DNA of 64,000 bases from an uncultured delta proteobacterium. Its GTDB lineage: Bacteria; Desulfobacterota; Binatia; DP-6. Within the stretch, counting starts at the first letter, position 1; each line of letters begins with the position of its first letter. Positions 1-11,055 of this stretch are shown one piece after another. Made by a program: the position numbers and the translations under genes. The stretch lies in NCBI GenBank assembly GCA_963815115.1, contig CAWFFN010000007.1:608001-672000 (forward strand), read 5' to 3'. Under the pieces are notes generated by a model. It did not search any database, had not been told where the DNA came from, and saw only the letters and a program-made list of their open reading frames with translations.

Positions 1-304
1 CGAACTTGACGTGCTGGTTGCAGCGCGCGCACGGGTTCGGCGTCCGGCCCGCGAGGTACTCGGCAACGAACGGTTCGACGACGGCGCGCGCGAACGCGTC
101 GCGGAAGTCGAAGACGTAGTGCGGGATGCCCAGCCGGTCGGCCACCGCACGCGCGTCGTGGAAATCGTCGAGCGAGCAGCAGCTCCCACCCCCCTCCCCC
201 GCCAGGCGAAGCGAGATGCCGATCACGTCATGGCCGGCGGCCACGCAGCGCGCCGCGGCGACCGCGCTGTCGACACCCCCGCTCATCGCCACGACGACCC
301 TCAC
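1..304 (-). CDS. mnmA: tRNA-specific 2-thiouridylase, 5' part (runs off window edge)
   Basis: Not in the ORF track. Hand translation from GTG at 304 gives [17 protein letters not shown]...[27 protein letters not shown]...[20 protein letters not shown], with the SGGVDS PP-loop and TPNPC motif. GTGA overlap with the upstream gene. Confidence 0.95.
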   Translation of the reverse strand, partial: MRVVVAMSGGVDSAVAAARCVAAGHDVIGISLRLAGEGGGSCCSLDDFHDARAVADRLGIPHYVFDFRDAFARAVVEPFVAEYLAGRTPNPCARCNQHVKF

Positions 305-1458
305 GCCGCCGCCCCCGCCCGGGCGCGCTGCCGGATGTCGCGCACCAGGCGGGGCAGGAGATCGATGACGGCGTCGATCTCGCCCTCGCTGGTGGCAGGC
401 CCCAGGCTCACGCGGAGCCCGCTCCGCGCGGCCTCGTCGTCGAGCCCCATGGCGCGGAGCACGTGCGACGGCTCGGGCGACCCCGCCGCACACGCCGAGC
501 CGAGCGAGACCGCGACGCCGGCCAGGTCGAGGAGCACCAGGAGGCTCTCACCCGCGCAGCCCGGGAAGCGGAGGCTCAGCGTGTTCGGCAAGCGCGGACC
601 GCTGGCCGGTCCGTGGCGGACGACGTCCGGGACACGGGCGCGGATCCCTTCCCACAGCCGCTCCGCGAGTGCCGCCATGCGCGAGCCGGCGGTCTCCACG
701 TCCGCCGCCGCCGCCCGGGCGGCGGCGGCGAATCCGACGGCGGCGGGGAGATTCTCGGTCCCGGCACGGAGCCCGCGCTCCTGCGGGCCGCCGGTGACGA
801 GCGGCTGCAGGCGGACCTCGCGGCGTACCCAGAGCGCGCCCGAACCCGCGGGCCCGCCCAGCTTGTGGCTCGAGAGGGAGAGCAGGTCGATCCCGAGCGT
901 GCTCACGTCGACCGGCACGCGTCCCGCCGCCTGCGCCGCGTCGGTGTGCACCACGATGCCCCGCCCGCGCAGCGCTCCGGCGATCGCGCCCACCGGCGCC
1001 AGCGTCCCCACCTCGCCGTTCGCGAGTCCGATGCTGACCAGCGCCGTGCGGGTGTCGCAGGCGGCGACGACGCGCGCCGCCTCGACGCGCCCTTCGGCGT
1101 CGACCGGCACGACGGTGACCCGCGCACCCCCTCCCGCGAGGTGGCGCGCCGTCTCCAGCACGGAGGCATGCTCGATCGCGCTCACCACCAGGCCGGCGTG
1201 CTCCCCCGCCGCCGCCAGCACGCCGCGCAGCGCGAGGTTGTTGGCCTCGGTGGCTCCGCCGGTGAAGACGACGTCGGCGGGCCGCGCCCCGACGAGGCTC
1301 GCCACCCCCGCACGCGCGTCCTCCAGCAGGCCGCGGGCGCGGGCGCCCTCGCGGTGTGCGCTGGACGGGTTCGCCGGCGGGCCGAGGACGGCGAGCATCG
1401 CGGCGCGCGCCTCGGGACGAAGCGGCGCACCGGCGTTGTGATCGAGGTAGATGCGCAT
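301..1458 (-). CDS. iscS: Cysteine desulfurase (IscS/NifS family)
   Basis: [30 protein letters not shown] (PLP Lys) and GSAC (catalytic Cys). Lies next to mnmA. Confidence 0.92.
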   Translation of the reverse strand: MRIYLDHNAGAPLRPEARAAMLAVLGPPANPSSAHREGARARGLLEDARAGVASLVGARPADVVFTGGATEANNLALRGVLAAAGEHAGLVVSAIEHASVLETARHLAGGGARVTVVPVDAEGRVEAARVVAACDTRTALVSIGLANGEVGTLAPVGAIAGALRGRGIVVHTDAAQAAGRVPVDVSTLGIDLLSLSSHKLGGPAGSGALWVRREVRLQPLVTGGPQERGLRAGTENLPAAVGFAAAARAAAADVETAGSRMAALAERLWEGIRARVPDVVRHGPASGPRLPNTLSLRFPGCAGESLLVLLDLAGVAVSLGSACAAGSPEPSHVLRAMGLDDEAARSGLRVSLGPATSEGEIDAVIDLLPRLVRDIRQRARAGAAA

Positions 1459-1465
1459 GGGCGCG

Positions 1466-3052
1466 CTACGCCGCCGCCGGCCGGCTCCTGTGCAGCTTGT
1501 AGTCCATGCTGTCGACCAGCGCCTGCCAGCTCGCCTCGATGACGTTGTGCGACACGCCGACGGTGCTCCAGCGCTCGTGCTCGTCGCCGGATTCGATCAG
1601 GACGCGGACCAGGGCGCCGGTTCCCTCCGCGCCACCGAGCACGCGGACCTTGTAGTCGTGCAGCCGCACCGACTCGATCTCCGGGTAGAAGCGAACCAGC
1701 GCCTTGCGCAGCGCGGAGTCGAGCGCGTGCACGGGGCCGTTGCCCTGCGCCGCGGTGTGCGCCATCTCGCCGTCGGGGCCCTCGAGCATGATCGTCGCCT
1801 CCGCGATGGGCGCCTCCGCCTCGTGCCGCTTCTCGTCGATCACGCGGAACCCGATCAGGCGGAAGAACCGACGCCGGTCACCCTCGAGCGCCTTGCGCAT
1901 CAGCAGCTCGAACGACGCATCCGCTCCCTCGTAGACATAGCCCTGCGACTCGAGCTCCTTCAGCTCGGCGAGCAGCCGCCGTACCGCCGGCTGGTCGCTC
2001 GCCAGGTCGATGCCGAACTGCAGCGCCTTCGCCAGCAGATTGGAGCGGCCCGCGAGGTCCGAGACCAGCACGCGCTGCTCGTTGCCGACCAGCGCCGGAT
2101 CGACGTGCTCGTAGGTCTCGGCATTCTTCTGCACCGCCGCCACGTGGAGGCCGCCCTTGTGGGCGAAGGCGCTCTGCCCGACGTAGGCCTGCCGCTTGTT
2201 GGGCTCGAGATTGGCGAGCTCGTAGACCAGGTGCGACACCTCCGTCAGCTGCGCCAGCTGCTCGGGCGTGACGCACGCCCAGCCCCGCTTCAGCTGCAGC
2301 GTGGGGATGAGCGAGACCAGGTTGGCGTTCCCGCACCGCTCGCCCAGGCCGTTCATGGTGCCCTGCACCTGCACGCACCCCCGTTCGAGCGCCTCGAGCG
2401 AGTTCGCCACCGCCAGCTCGGCGTCGTTGTGGCAGTGAATGCCGAGCGGCGTGCCCGGCACCGCGCCCTGGGCGGCGTCCACCGCCGGGCCGATCTGCGC
2501 AGGGAGCGCCCCGCCGCGCGTGTCGCACAGGCAGATGAGCGTCGCCCCGGCCTCGGCGGCGGCCGCGATCGCCGCCAGCGCGTAGCCGGGATTGCGCGCG
2601 TAGCCGTCGAAGAAGTGCTCGGCGTCGAAGATCACGCCGTCCACCCGGCTCCGCAGGAACGCGACCGAGTCGCGGATGACGTCGAGGTTCTCCTCGAGAC
2701 TGATGCGCAGGTCGTCGCGGACGTGCAGGTCCCAGGTCTTGCCGACGATGGTGACGATCGGGGTGTCGGCGCCGAGCAGCGCGGCCAGGTTGCGGTCGTC
2801 GGCCGCTCGCACGCCGGCCCGCCGGGTCGCCCCGAACGCGGCCACCCGGGCATGGCGCAGGCGGAGCCCGCGGGCGGCACGGAAGAACTCCTCGTCGCGC
2901 GGGTTCGACCCCGGCCATCCGCCCTCGACGTAGTGGATGCCCAGGGCATCGAGCGCCTCGGTGATGCGCAGCTTGTCGTCGAGCGCGAAGCTCACGTCCT
3001 CCGACTGCGCGCCGTCGCGCAGCGTCGTGTCGTAGAGCTCGATCTGGCGCAT
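1466..3052 (-). CDS. cimA: Citramalate synthase (LeuA/CimA family)
   Basis: Start [16 protein letters not shown]; EGGWPGSNP, HCHND, GERCGNAN and AFAHKGGLH motifs; C-terminal regulatory domain. True ATG at 3052 overlaps the aspartokinase stop. Confidence 0.92.
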   Translation of the reverse strand: MRQIELYDTTLRDGAQSEDVSFALDDKLRITEALDALGIHYVEGGWPGSNPRDEEFFRAARGLRLRHARVAAFGATRRAGVRAADDRNLAALLGADTPIVTIVGKTWDLHVRDDLRISLEENLDVIRDSVAFLRSRVDGVIFDAEHFFDGYARNPGYALAAIAAAAEAGATLICLCDTRGGALPAQIGPAVDAAQGAVPGTPLGIHCHNDAELAVANSLEALERGCVQVQGTMNGLGERCGNANLVSLIPTLQLKRGWACVTPEQLAQLTEVSHLVYELANLEPNKRQAYVGQSAFAHKGGLHVAAVQKNAETYEHVDPALVGNEQRVLVSDLAGRSNLLAKALQFGIDLASDQPAVRRLLAELKELESQGYVYEGADASFELLMRKALEGDRRRFFRLIGFRVIDEKRHEAEAPIAEATIMLEGPDGEMAHTAAQGNGPVHALDSALRKALVRFYPEIESVRLHDYKVRVLGGAEGTGALVRVLIESGDEHERWSTVGVSHNVIEASWQALVDSMDYKLHRSRPAAA

Positions 3053-4266
3053 CAGGCCGCGGGGATGAAGGCGTCGTGCAGCGCACGCACGGCCAGCTCG
3101 GCGTACTTCGCGTCCACCACGACGGAGATCTTGATCTCGGAGGTGGAGATCATCTGGATGTTGATCCCCTCGTCGGCCAGCACCTCGAACATGCGGGCGG
3201 CGATGCCGGCGTGCGTCCGCATGCCGACGCCGACGATCGACACCTTGGCGACCTCGAGATCGCCGCGTACCTCGCGCCCCCCGATGGTGCGCGCGATGCC
3301 CTGCACCAGCTCGAGGGCCTGGTCGTAGTCGGCGCGCGGCACCGTGAACGTCAGGTCGGTGGTGCCGTCCGCGCTGGCGTTCTGGATGATCATGTCGACC
3401 ACGATCCCCGCGGCCGCGACCGGTCCGAAGAGCCGTGCCGCGACGCCCGGATGATCCGGGACACCGCGCACGGTGAGCTTGGCCTCGTTCTGGTCGGCCG
3501 CGACTCCGGCGACCGAGACCTCTTCCATGCTGGGATCCTCCTCGACGACGCGGGTGCCCTCGTTGTCGTTGAACGACGATCGGACGTGCACCGGCACCTG
3601 GTAGCGCTTGGCGAACTCGACGGACCGGATCTGGAGCACCTTGGCGCCCAGGCTCGCCAGCTCGAGCATCTCGTCGTAGGCGATGCGCGCGAGCTTGCGC
3701 GCGCGCGGCACGATGCGCGGATCGCTGGTGTAGACGCCGTCGACGTCGGTGTAGATCTCGCACATGTCGGCGCCGAGCGCCGCCGCCAGAGCGACCGCGC
3801 TGGTGTCCGATCCGCCGCGGCCAAGCGTGGTGATGCTGCCCTCGGCGTCGACCCCCTGGAAGCCCGCCACCACCGCCACCGTGCCCGCGGCGAGGGTCGC
3901 GCGCAGCCGCTCCGCGTCGATGCGCACGATGCGCGCCCGGCCGTACGCGCTGTCGGTCTCGATGCGCACCTGATGGCCGAGAAACGACCGTGCCGGGACA
4001 CCCAGGTCGTGCAGCACCAGCGCCGTCAGCGCGGAGGTGACCTGCTCGCCGGTGGACGCCAGGACGTCGCTCTCGCGCTCGGCGGGACGCGGATGCGCGG
4101 CCCTGGCCAGTGCGAGCAGGCGGTTGGTCTCCCCCGCCATGGCCGAGACCACCACCGCGAGCCGATGGCCGGCGGCATGGCAGCGCGCGACGCGCGCCGC
4201 CACGTGGCGGATGCGGTCGAGGTCGGCGACCGACGTGCCGCCGAACTTCTGTACGATGAGCGCCAC
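3052..4266 (-). CDS. lysC: Aspartate kinase
   Basis: [28 protein letters not shown], two C-terminal ACT domains (STSEIKISV). Confidence 0.96.
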   Translation of the reverse strand: MALIVQKFGGTSVADLDRIRHVAARVARCHAAGHRLAVVVSAMAGETNRLLALARAAHPRPAERESDVLASTGEQVTSALTALVLHDLGVPARSFLGHQVRIETDSAYGRARIVRIDAERLRATLAAGTVAVVAGFQGVDAEGSITTLGRGGSDTSAVALAAALGADMCEIYTDVDGVYTSDPRIVPRARKLARIAYDEMLELASLGAKVLQIRSVEFAKRYQVPVHVRSSFNDNEGTRVVEEDPSMEEVSVAGVAADQNEAKLTVRGVPDHPGVAARLFGPVAAAGIVVDMIIQNASADGTTDLTFTVPRADYDQALELVQGIARTIGGREVRGDLEVAKVSIVGVGMRTHAGIAARMFEVLADEGINIQMISTSEIKISVVVDAKYAELAVRALHDAFIPAA

Positions 4267-4275
4267 GAACCCCTT

Positions 4276-4770
4276 TCACGCGCCGAGCACGGCGCGAAGC
4301 CACGTCTCGTGGCGAGGACCGTGCGCCTCGAGTCGGATCGACCGGCTGTCCCCCGCTCCGTGCCGAAGGCTGACGAGCAGGAACTCGTCGCCGGCCGCGG
4401 GAAGCAGCCGCTCGAACCACTCGACGGCGGCGATACCCTCGCCGTAGAGCACTTCCCGTGAAAATAGCGCATCGACCTGCGGCTGCTCAAGCCGATCCAG
4501 CCGGTAGAGATCGATGTGATGCACCGGCAGGCGCCCACCACGATACTCCGTCGCCAGGACGAAGGTGGGGCTGTGCACCGCCTCCGGATCGGCCCCGGCG
4601 CCCGCGACCAGTCCCCGCACGAGACAGGTCTTCCCCGTTCCCAGCTCGCCGACCAGCCCGAGCAGTGCCCCGGCATGTGCGGTGGAGCCCAGGCGCTGGC
4701 CGAGGGCCTCGGTCTCGGCCGGTCCGCTGGTGGTGAGCTCGGACGCGAGCCGGCTGCCCGCGCTGCTCAC
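4276..4770 (-). CDS. tsaE: tRNA threonylcarbamoyladenosine biosynthesis ATPase TsaE
   Basis: GELGTGKT Walker A, SPTF, HIDLYRL and VEW motifs. GTG at 4770 overlaps the nnr stop. Confidence 0.92.
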   Translation of the reverse strand: MSSAGSRLASELTTSGPAETEALGQRLGSTAHAGALLGLVGELGTGKTCLVRGLVAGAGADPEAVHSPTFVLATEYRGGRLPVHHIDLYRLDRLEQPQVDALFSREVLYGEGIAAVEWFERLLPAAGDEFLLVSLRHGAGDSRSIRLEAHGPRHETWLRAVLGA

Positions 4771-6305
4771 GACTGTGCCTGGAGGTGGGCGAGGGCCGGC
4801 GGCAGCTCGTCCACCAGATCGCCGGCGAGAAGCCCGACCTCGCCCCGCCGTGCCACGATCGCGTCCGCCGCCGCGCCGTGCACGAACACCCCGAGCGACG
4901 CCGCCGCCATGGCGTCGAGTCCCTGGGCCAGCAGTCCTCCCACGATGCCCGAGAGCACGTCGCCCATGCCGCCGCTCGCCATCCCCGGATTGCCCGTGGG
5001 CGAGATCGCCGCTCTCCCGTCCGGCGTCGCGATCACCGTGCGGGCGCCCTTCAGCACGGTGACGACCCGGTGCTCCGCAGCGAACCGGCGCGCCGCGTGC
5101 ACCCGATCGGCCTGGACGTCGCCGGTCGAGCATCCCAGGAGGCGCGCCATCTCGCCCGGGTGCGGGGTGACGACCGTCGGTCCCGGGCGCTCGCGCAGCA
5201 ACGCCGTTCCCGCGATCGCGTTCAGGCCATCGGCGTCCAGCACCAGCGGCGCCCGCGCCCGCCGCACGACATGCGCCACCAGGGCGCGCGTGCCTTCGGC
5301 GAGGCCGAGCCCGGGTCCGCAGACGACCGCCTCGCGGCCGGCGATGAGCCGCTCCACCGCCGCCCCGTCCCCCAGCGCCGCGGTCCCGTCGGGCCCGTCC
5401 GGCAGCGGCTCGGTCATGATCTCGCGCACGTGTCCCTCGAGCACCGGCAGGAGCGCGCCGGCCGCGGCCAGCGTCGTCAGGCCGGCACCGGTCCGCGCCG
5501 CCGCCGCGGCCGCGAGGAGCGACGCGCCCGTCTTGCCGCGCGAGCCCGCCACCACCAGCACGTGGCCGAAGCTGCCCTTGTGCGCGTCGCGCGCCCGTCG
5601 TGGCAGCAGGCCGCCGACGTCGCTCGCCTCCAGGAGGCGGAGCTGCGGACCGACGGCCGTCACGGCGTCCGGTGGAATGCCGATGTCGACCACCTCGAGC
5701 GCTCCGCACAGATCGACGCCCGGATAGAGCACCTGGCCGACCTTCGGGAAGGCGAACGTCGCGGTGGCCGCCGCGCGCACCGCCCGGCCGAGGGGCCGGC
5801 CGCTGTCGGCCGACAGGCCCGACGGCAGGTCGATCGCGAGCACCGGACGGCCTGCCGCATTGATGGCATCGATCACCGACGCGAGCAGGCCCTCGACCGG
5901 CGTGTTGAGGCCGGTGCCGAGGAGCGCGTCCACCACCACGCCGGCGCGGGCGAGGCGCCGCGCCAGGGCGTCGACCTGTCCGGGCGTCTCGACCGTGACG
6001 GTTGCGCCGCGCCAGCGTTTCAGCATCTCGGCGGCATCGCCACCCACCGCCGACGTCGGCGCCGCCAGCCAGACCTCGGCGCCGATGCGGGCGCGACGCA
6101 GGTGCCGCGCCAGGACCAGACCGTCGCCGCCGTTGTTGCCCTTGCCGCAGCACACCACGACAGGACCGCCCATCCGGCGCCAGCGACGGCGCAGCATCTC
6201 GGCCGCCCCGCGTCCGGCCCGCTCCATGAGCTCCGGCCCCGGGGTGCCATGCTCGATGGTCCAGCGGTCGAGCGCCCGCATCTCGGCCGCGGTGACGACG
6301 ATCAC
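4767..6305 (-). CDS. nnr: Bifunctional NAD(P)H-hydrate epimerase/dehydratase
   Basis: LMERAG, GKGNNGGDG, DALLGTG, DLPSG, HKGSFG, DADGL, TPHPGE and GGMGDVLSG. GTG start at 6305 overlaps the pdxJ stop. Confidence 0.95.
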   Translation of the reverse strand: MIVVTAAEMRALDRWTIEHGTPGPELMERAGRGAAEMLRRRWRRMGGPVVVCCGKGNNGGDGLVLARHLRRARIGAEVWLAAPTSAVGGDAAEMLKRWRGATVTVETPGQVDALARRLARAGVVVDALLGTGLNTPVEGLLASVIDAINAAGRPVLAIDLPSGLSADSGRPLGRAVRAAATATFAFPKVGQVLYPGVDLCGALEVVDIGIPPDAVTAVGPQLRLLEASDVGGLLPRRARDAHKGSFGHVLVVAGSRGKTGASLLAAAAAARTGAGLTTLAAAGALLPVLEGHVREIMTEPLPDGPDGTAALGDGAAVERLIAGREAVVCGPGLGLAEGTRALVAHVVRRARAPLVLDADGLNAIAGTALLRERPGPTVVTPHPGEMARLLGCSTGDVQADRVHAARRFAAEHRVVTVLKGARTVIATPDGRAAISPTGNPGMASGGMGDVLSGIVGGLLAQGLDAMAAASLGVFVHGAAADAIVARRGEVGLLAGDLVDELPPALAHLQAQS

Positions 6306-7039
6306 CCGAACGCCGCCTTCATCTCCCGCACCGCGGCGACCATGCCGACGAGCACGGCGCGGGCGACGATGCTGTGCCCGATGTTCAGCTCGGCCATGTC
6401 CGGGAGCGCCGCCACCGGTCGCACGTTGGCGAGCGTGAGCCCGTGACCCGCGTGCAGGTCGAGGCCGAGCGCACGCACCACGCTGGCCGCCCCGGCGACC
6501 CGGTCGAGCTCGCGTGCGGCCGCGGGCGCGACGGCGTTGGCGTAGTCTCCCGTGTGCAGCTCGACCGCGTGCGCGCCGGCCGCCTGGCTCGCGCGCACCT
6601 GCGCCTCCACGGGGTCGATGAAGCAGCTCACCCGGATTCCGGCACCGGCGAGACGGCCGGTCGCCTCGCGCACCCGCTCCAGCTGGCGGCATACGTCGAG
6701 CCCGCCCTCGGTGGTCAGCTCCTCACGGCGTTCCGGCACGAAGCAGACGTCGTCGGGCTGCACGCGCAACGCGAACGCCACCATGTCCTCGGTCACCGCC
6801 ATCTCGAGATTGAGCTTGGCCTGCAGCATCCCTCGCAACCGCTCGACGTCGGCGTCCTGGATGTGCCGCCGGTCCGCTCGCAGGTGGACGGTGATGCCAT
6901 CGGCACCCCCCTCGAGCGCCAGGCGGGCCGCCTCCAGTGGATCCGGATAGTCCACCCGTCGAGCCTGGCGGAGCGTCGCGACGTGGTCGATGTTCACCCC
7001 GAGGCGCGGCCGCCCGGAGGTGCCGGCACCTCCGCTCAT
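6302..7039 (-). CDS. pdxJ: Pyridoxine 5'-phosphate synthase
   Basis: LGVNIDHVATLRQAR, HLRADRRHI, TTEGGLD, ELHTG, AGHGL and ELNIGHS. ATG at 7039. Confidence 0.96.
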   Translation of the reverse strand: MSGGAGTSGRPRLGVNIDHVATLRQARRVDYPDPLEAARLALEGGADGITVHLRADRRHIQDADVERLRGMLQAKLNLEMAVTEDMVAFALRVQPDDVCFVPERREELTTEGGLDVCRQLERVREATGRLAGAGIRVSCFIDPVEAQVRASQAAGAHAVELHTGDYANAVAPAAARELDRVAGAASVVRALGLDLHAGHGLTLANVRPVAALPDMAELNIGHSIVARAVLVGMVAAVREMKAAFG

Positions 7040-7300
7040 CCTAGTCGGTGACGGGCACAGGCGGCGCCATGCGCCGTTCTTCGCCCGCCGGCCACGGGCC
7101 GTCAAGCGGGGCGGCAGGGGCAGTTCCCTCAGAAGCGCCGTCGGCGCACGCCGGGTCGCGGCCAGCCGTTCCCGCACGCGCGGAATCCACGACCCCTTCG
7201 ACGGCCGCCGCATCGCCGACGGCCGCACAGCCGCCCTTGGCTTCCGCCTTCTGCAACGCCTCGGCGACGCTTCTGCAGCGCCCCCAGTGGACCGAGCCGC

Positions 7301-8476
7301 CTAGCCCCCCGACGCCCTCTGCGCCGCAGCCACCGCCGTTCCTCTCGCCGGCACCTGCCCTTCGCTCGCCAGCACGTCCTCGAGCGCCGCCAGCAACGCC
7401 AGGACGTTCGCGCGCCGACTCGACTCGCCCATCAGGCCGACCCGCCAGACCTTGCCCTTCATGGGCCCGAGCCCGGCGCCGATCTCGATGCCGTGCTCCG
7501 ACAGCAGCCGGGTGCGCACGCGAGCCTCGCCGATGCCGTCGGGCACCGTGACCGCATTCAGCATGGGCAGACGGTGCCCTTCCTGCGCGGCCAGCGACAG
7601 GCCGAGCGCCCCCAGCCCCGCGGCCAGCGCCTCGTGATTCCTGCGATGGCGCGTGAAGCGCGCCGCCAGGCCCTCCTCGACCACGATGCGCAGCGCCTCG
7701 TGCAGCGCGTAGTTCATCGTGATCGGCGCCGTGTGGTGATAGACCCGCTCCTCTCCCCAGTACTGTGCCAGGAGCGTGAGGTCGAGGTACCAGCTGCGGA
7801 CCTTCGTTTTGCGGGCCTTCATCGCGGCGACGGCGGCGGACCCGAAGGTCACCGGCGCCAGGCCAGGCGGACACGAGAGACACTTCTGCGTCCCGCTGTA
7901 CGCCGCATCCACGCCCCAGCCGTCGATCTCCACCGGAGCACCGCCGAGCGAGGTGACGCAGTCGATGAGCATCAGCGCGCCGTGGCGGTGCGCGAGGCTC
8001 GCAATCTCGGGGATCGGCTGCCACGCGCCGGTCGAGGTCTCGGCATGCACGACCGCGACCAGCTTCGGCCGGGTCGCGTTCGCCAGCGCGGCCTCGATCT
8101 GCTCCGGCTCCACGATCCGCCCCCACGGCGCCTCGACCCGGTGCACGATCGCGCCCGCACGCTCGGCAACCTCGGCCATGCGCGACCCGAACACGCCGTT
8201 GACCCCCACGACGAACTCGTCGCCGGGCTCCAGGAGATTCACCAGGCACGCCTCCATCCCGGCGCTCCCGGTCCCCGAGATGGGGATGGTGAGGTCGTTC
8301 GTGGTCGCGAACACCGTCCGCAGGAGTTCCTTCACCGCCTCCATCAGCGCCACGAAGGCGGGATCGAGATGGCCCACCAGCGGCGCCGACATGGCACGCA
8401 GCACACGCGGATGGACGGCCGAGGGCCCAGGGCCCAGCAGCAAGCGGTCGGGCGGCTCGAACGCGACGTTGGTCAC
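7301..8476 (-). CDS. Alanine-glyoxylate/serine-pyruvate aminotransferase (class V PLP)
   Basis: LLLGPGPS, VHAETSTG, DCVTSLGG, SGTQKCL (PLP Lys), YHHTAP and WRVGLMG. Confidence 0.92.
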   Translation of the reverse strand: MTNVAFEPPDRLLLGPGPSAVHPRVLRAMSAPLVGHLDPAFVALMEAVKELLRTVFATTNDLTIPISGTGSAGMEACLVNLLEPGDEFVVGVNGVFGSRMAEVAERAGAIVHRVEAPWGRIVEPEQIEAALANATRPKLVAVVHAETSTGAWQPIPEIASLAHRHGALMLIDCVTSLGGAPVEIDGWGVDAAYSGTQKCLSCPPGLAPVTFGSAAVAAMKARKTKVRSWYLDLTLLAQYWGEERVYHHTAPITMNYALHEALRIVVEEGLAARFTRHRRNHEALAAGLGALGLSLAAQEGHRLPMLNAVTVPDGIGEARVRTRLLSEHGIEIGAGLGPMKGKVWRVGLMGESSRRANVLALLAALEDVLASEGQVPARGTAVAAAQRASGG

Positions 8477-8537
8477 CCGCCGCTTCTACCCGAGCACTCC
8501 ATGCGCCGACAAATCCAATTGGGGGGCCCGGCCCGTC

Positions 8538-8635
8538 TGCCGCGCCGGCTTCGCCGGCCGCGGCACGCCGCCCGCCCTCGACACCGAGCCCCACTCTCGC
8601 TCTCGGCCTCGACCCGAGACGAAGTCTCGGGTCGA
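8538..8635. repeat. Dispersed ~100-bp two-hairpin intergenic repeat, copy 1
   Basis: TGCCGCGCCGGCTTCGCCGGCCGCGGCA ... TCGACCCGAGAC-GAA-GTCTCGGGTCGA. Homologous to 27554-27653 and 30301-30394. Confidence 0.85.
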
Positions 8636-8641
8636 AAATAC

Positions 8642-10006
8642 CTACGCTCCGATGGCGGCGCGTGCGGCGTCGACGATCGCCCCGGCGAGCTGCCGGATGG
8701 CGGGCTCGCGCTCGCCCTCGACCATCACGCGCAGGAGCGGCTCGGTGCCGGAGTAGCGCACCAGGACCCGTCCTCGATCGCCCAGCGCGCGCTCCGCGTC
8801 ACGGATTGCGGCCGCGACCGTCGGCAACGTCTCGACGTCGGGCTTGCTGCGCACCCGCAGGTTCTCGAGCACCTGCGGGAAGCGCTGCATCACGCGCCGC
8901 AGCTCGGAGAGGGGCCGGCCGCGCTCCACCATGAGCGCGAGCACCGCGAGCGCGGTGATGAGCCCATCCCCGGTCGTGTTGTGGTCGAGAAACACCACGT
9001 GACCCGACTGCTCGCCGCCGAGGTTGTAGCCACCGCGCTGCATCTCCTCGACCACGTAGCGGTCGCCGACCGGCGTGGTGACGACGCGGATCTGGCGCTC
9101 GCGCATCGCGACGTGCAGCCCGAGGTTGCTCATCACCGTGGCCACGAGGGTCTCCCGCTTGAGCTCGCCCCGTTGCCGGAGCTCCGCCGCGAGGAGTGCC
9201 ATCACCTCGTCCCCGTCGACCAGGGCCCCCTGCTCGTCGACCAGGATGGCGCGATCGGCGTCCCCGTCGAGCGCGATGCCGACGTGGGCACCCGACGCGC
9301 GCACCGCCGCCTGGAGCTGCTCCGGGTGCAGCGCGCCGGCGTCGCGGTTGATGTTCTCGCCGTCGGGGTCGACGCCGCGGGCGATCACCCGCGCGCCGAG
9401 CTCCTCGAGCACCTCCGGCGCGACACGGTAGGCCGCGCCGTGCCCGCAGTCGACCGCCACGGTGAGCCCGTCCAGGGTGAGGTGGCGCGGAAAGGCGCTC
9501 TTCACGAACACGTTGTAGCGTCCGACGGCGTCGTCGATGCGAAACGCCTTGCCGATCTCGGTCCGCGTGGGACGGAGCGCGTCGATCGAGTCCGACAGCA
9601 CCAGGCGCTCGATCTCCGCCTCGAGCTCGTCGGGGAGCTTGAAGCCGGTGGGGCTGAAAAGCTTGATCCCGTTGTCCTGGAACGGATTGTGCGAGGCCGA
9701 GATCACCACCCCGGCGTCGGCCCGCATCGAGCGCGTGAGGAAGGCGATGCCAGGGGTCGGCAGCGGTCCCACGAGGAGGACGTCGACGCCCATCGAGCAG
9801 ATGCCCGACGCCATCGCGGTCTCCAGCATGTAGCCCGAGAGCCGCGTGTCCTTCCCGATCAGGATGCGATGGCGATGGGGAGAGCGCTTGCTCACGTGGG
9901 CGAGCGCGCGTCCCAGGCGGAGCGCCATCTCCGAGGTCATCGGGTCGACGTTCGCGGTCCCGCGCACACCGTCGGTGCCGAACAGCCGGCGCGCCTCCCC
10001 CATCAC
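8642..10006 (-). CDS. glmM: Phosphoglucosamine mutase
   Basis: [14 protein letters not shown] (phospho-Ser), DGDADR, GGEQSGH and RYSGTEP. Confidence 0.97.
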   Translation of the reverse strand: MMGEARRLFGTDGVRGTANVDPMTSEMALRLGRALAHVSKRSPHRHRILIGKDTRLSGYMLETAMASGICSMGVDVLLVGPLPTPGIAFLTRSMRADAGVVISASHNPFQDNGIKLFSPTGFKLPDELEAEIERLVLSDSIDALRPTRTEIGKAFRIDDAVGRYNVFVKSAFPRHLTLDGLTVAVDCGHGAAYRVAPEVLEELGARVIARGVDPDGENINRDAGALHPEQLQAAVRASGAHVGIALDGDADRAILVDEQGALVDGDEVMALLAAELRQRGELKRETLVATVMSNLGLHVAMRERQIRVVTTPVGDRYVVEEMQRGGYNLGGEQSGHVVFLDHNTTGDGLITALAVLALMVERGRPLSELRRVMQRFPQVLENLRVRSKPDVETLPTVAAAIRDAERALGDRGRVLVRYSGTEPLLRVMVEGEREPAIRQLAGAIVDAARAAIGA

Positions 10007-11055
10007 GGACCTCCCTGCTCCTTCGTGGCCACCACCACGCGCACCGTCTCGGGCTGCCGCGTCGTCACCTCCAGCGGGGCCGGCAGATCCACCTGCACCG
10101 GGAGCGGATGCGTCCCCGGGCCGAGGCCGGCCGCGTCGACGAACACCGCCCCCGCAGGCAGGACCCAGTCGTGCAACAGGCGCTGCGGGCCGTGCACCGT
10201 GACGTCGACCTGGGCCGGGGTGATCTTCGCCTGATCGCCGTTGCGGAGCGCGATCGGGACGCGGGGAAACTCGCGCGACATCAGTATCTCGTCGAAGCGT
10301 ACGCTCACCCGCACCCGGTCCGGCACGAGGTTGACGAAGTCGCCTGCCGCGTCGAGGACTGCGGTGCGCTCGAGCGTGCTGGTGAGCCCATCCAGGTCGA
10401 TCGGCCTCGTGGTGACCTCCTTCATCGCGTCGAGCGTCTTGGCGGGCCCCGTCACCTCGACGTGATCGGGCGTGATGGTGGACTCGGCGACCCTATAGCC
10501 CACGCCCGGTGCGCCTGCCAGGACCGGCTTCACCACCAGACGGCGCTTCGCCAGCTTCTCGAGCTTCGCGTCCAGGCGGCCGGGCGTCATGCGAACCACC
10601 TTCAACCGGCGCGGCAGCTCGGGCACCAGGCTCGCGCGGTTCAGATCGACGCGCACCTCCCCCTCGCCCGCCGCCGACAGGTCCACCACCAGCCGCGTCT
10701 TCCCCTCGTCCACGTTGTCGAGGATGGTACGCGGGCCCCGCAAGGTCACCATCACGCCCTTCGCCGGCGACACGTCGGTCACGATGAGACCCGGGGCGAC
10801 CCGGCGGATGCCGACCGGCAGGTCGACGATGCGCTCCGCGTCGCGCTCGAGCTCGTTGATCGAGTACCAGAGAAAGCACGCGACCAGGAGCGAGACGACC
10901 TTCAGCAGGGCGTTGTGGCGCAGCAGTTCGCGCAGCCGCCGGCGCGGGGGAACCCGCCGCCAGGCGGTTCGCCAGAGCCGCCGGCGCAGGGCCTCGCCCT
11001 CCACCGGTTCCGGCGCCGGCACGGGCCGGCGAAGCCGCATGGCGGGGAGCCTCAT
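10003..11055 (-). CDS. cdaR: CdaR/YbbR family c-di-AMP regulator
   Basis: One N-terminal TM segment ([14 protein letters not shown]) then YbbR-like repeats (V.V.GP). ATGA overlap with cdaA. Sits between cdaA and glmM. Confidence 0.85.
   Translation of the reverse strand: MRLPAMRLRRPVPAPEPVEGEALRRRLWRTAWRRVPPRRRLRELLRHNALLKVVSLLVACFLWYSINELERDAERIVDLPVGIRRVAPGLIVTDVSPAKGVMVTLRGPRTILDNVDEGKTRLVVDLSAAGEGEVRVDLNRASLVPELPRRLKVVRMTPGRLDAKLEKLAKRRLVVKPVLAGAPGVGYRVAESTITPDHVEVTGPAKTLDAMKEVTTRPIDLDGLTSTLERTAVLDAAGDFVNLVPDRVRVSVRFDEILMSREFPRVPIALRNGDQAKITPAQVDVTVHGPQRLLHDWVLPAGAVFVDAAGLGPGTHPLPVQVDLPAPLEVTTRQPETVRVVVATKEQGGP

Noticed and set aside
185-200. C-rich tract in mnmA as a frameshift or phase-variation site
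   Set aside because: Hand translation stays in frame (AGEGGGSCC) and the tract is interrupted.
8609-8635. Hairpin B as an ordinary intrinsic terminator
   Set aside because: No U tract follows it on the transcribed (minus) strand, and it is part of a longer repeated unit. A terminator role is not fully excluded.
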